DNA from: Mustelus asterias
Lineage: Eukaryota
Direction: 5' to 3'
NCBI RefSeq assembly: GCF_964213995.1
Contig: NW_027590479.1
Coordinates: 186,001-250,000, forward strand
Length of the DNA stretch: 64,000 bases
Shown: positions 63,352 to 64,000 of the stretch, piece after piece
Layout of the letters: every line of letters starts with the position of its first letter
Numbering within the stretch: the first letter of the stretch is position 1
The notes under the pieces: model-generated
Databases searched by the model: none
Seen by the model: only the letters and a program-made list of their open reading frames with translations
What the model was told of the DNA's origin: nothing
Program-made: the position numbers and the translations under genes

Positions 63352-63764
63352 ACCTTGTTCATTATAAAACAGGGGAGTCTTGATGCTGTTGCTGATAACC
63401 ACAGCAACTGGGCTACAGTTGGAAGAATTTTCATTGATATAGTGCCTTTCACAACCTCAGGGTACCTCGATGCGCAGACAGAAATGTGATGCTGATCAGA
63501 GGTGATCTGTTTTTAGTGAGGTTGGCTGAGAGCGAAATATATAATAAATTTATAATAGAATTTTACACTAAGTTTGAAAACAATGTTACTCAATCTGAAA
63601 CAGGAGTCTTAAATCCTAACAGAAGTAACCGTGAAGTTATGAGGACGCAACTGGATTGTGGTGGATTAGGAAAATACCGAAAAGCAGTGGATCCGTTGTC
63701 AACAAATGTATTCCCACAAACAAAGCTGATAAAAGACTGAGTCAATCTCTTCCCACACACACAA

Positions 63765-63977
63765 CCACCATCATCTAGAAGGACAAGGACAGCAGACACA
63801 TGGGAACACCACCTGCTGGAAATTCCCCTCCTAGCCACACACCTTCCTAACTTGGAAATACATCACCGTTCCTTCATTGTCACTGGATCAAAATCCTGTA
63901 ATTCCCTCCCTAACAGCACTATGGGTGTACCTATAACACATGGACTGAAGGAAGGCAGCTCACCACCACCTTCTCAG
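63765..63977 (+). mobile_element. LINE 3' tail, same family as 4250-4832
   Basis: CATCTAGAAGGACAAGG..CATGGGAACACCAC..GAAGGCAGCTCACCACCAC. Confidence 0.7.
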
Positions 63978-64000
63978 TAAATTTATGCAAAAGTCTGAAA

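Overview
Vertebrate, almost certainly elasmobranch (shark), genomic DNA, judged from HE1-type V-SINEs, shark-style CR1 LINEs, DeuSINE and Penelope-like elements. 1-7 kb is the distal edge of a T-cell receptor alpha/delta V array: two intact minus-strand V genes (leader exon, V exon, 23-bp-spacer RSS), one V relic and two co-oriented CTCF-like sites. Next come a truncated tRNA-Pro and a CR1 with a second CR1 nested inside it (7.3-12.3 kb). 12-64 kb is a birth-and-death cluster of about ten C2H2 zinc-finger genes and pseudogenes, each with a single ZF coding exon and no KRAB, SCAN or BTB domain visible. They appear to be built from a repeated divergent two-gene cassette around one CpG-island promoter. 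Most interesting signals: (i) the paired ZNF cassette with two fixed gene types; (ii) many minimal hammerhead ribozymes in Penelope-like termini; (iii) a pseudoknotted, ribozyme-like cassette in the 3' UTR of a young CR1 that split a ZNF gene; (iv) two retroelement insertions that captured inverted copies of nearby host sequence. All coordinates were read by eye and element boundaries are approximate.
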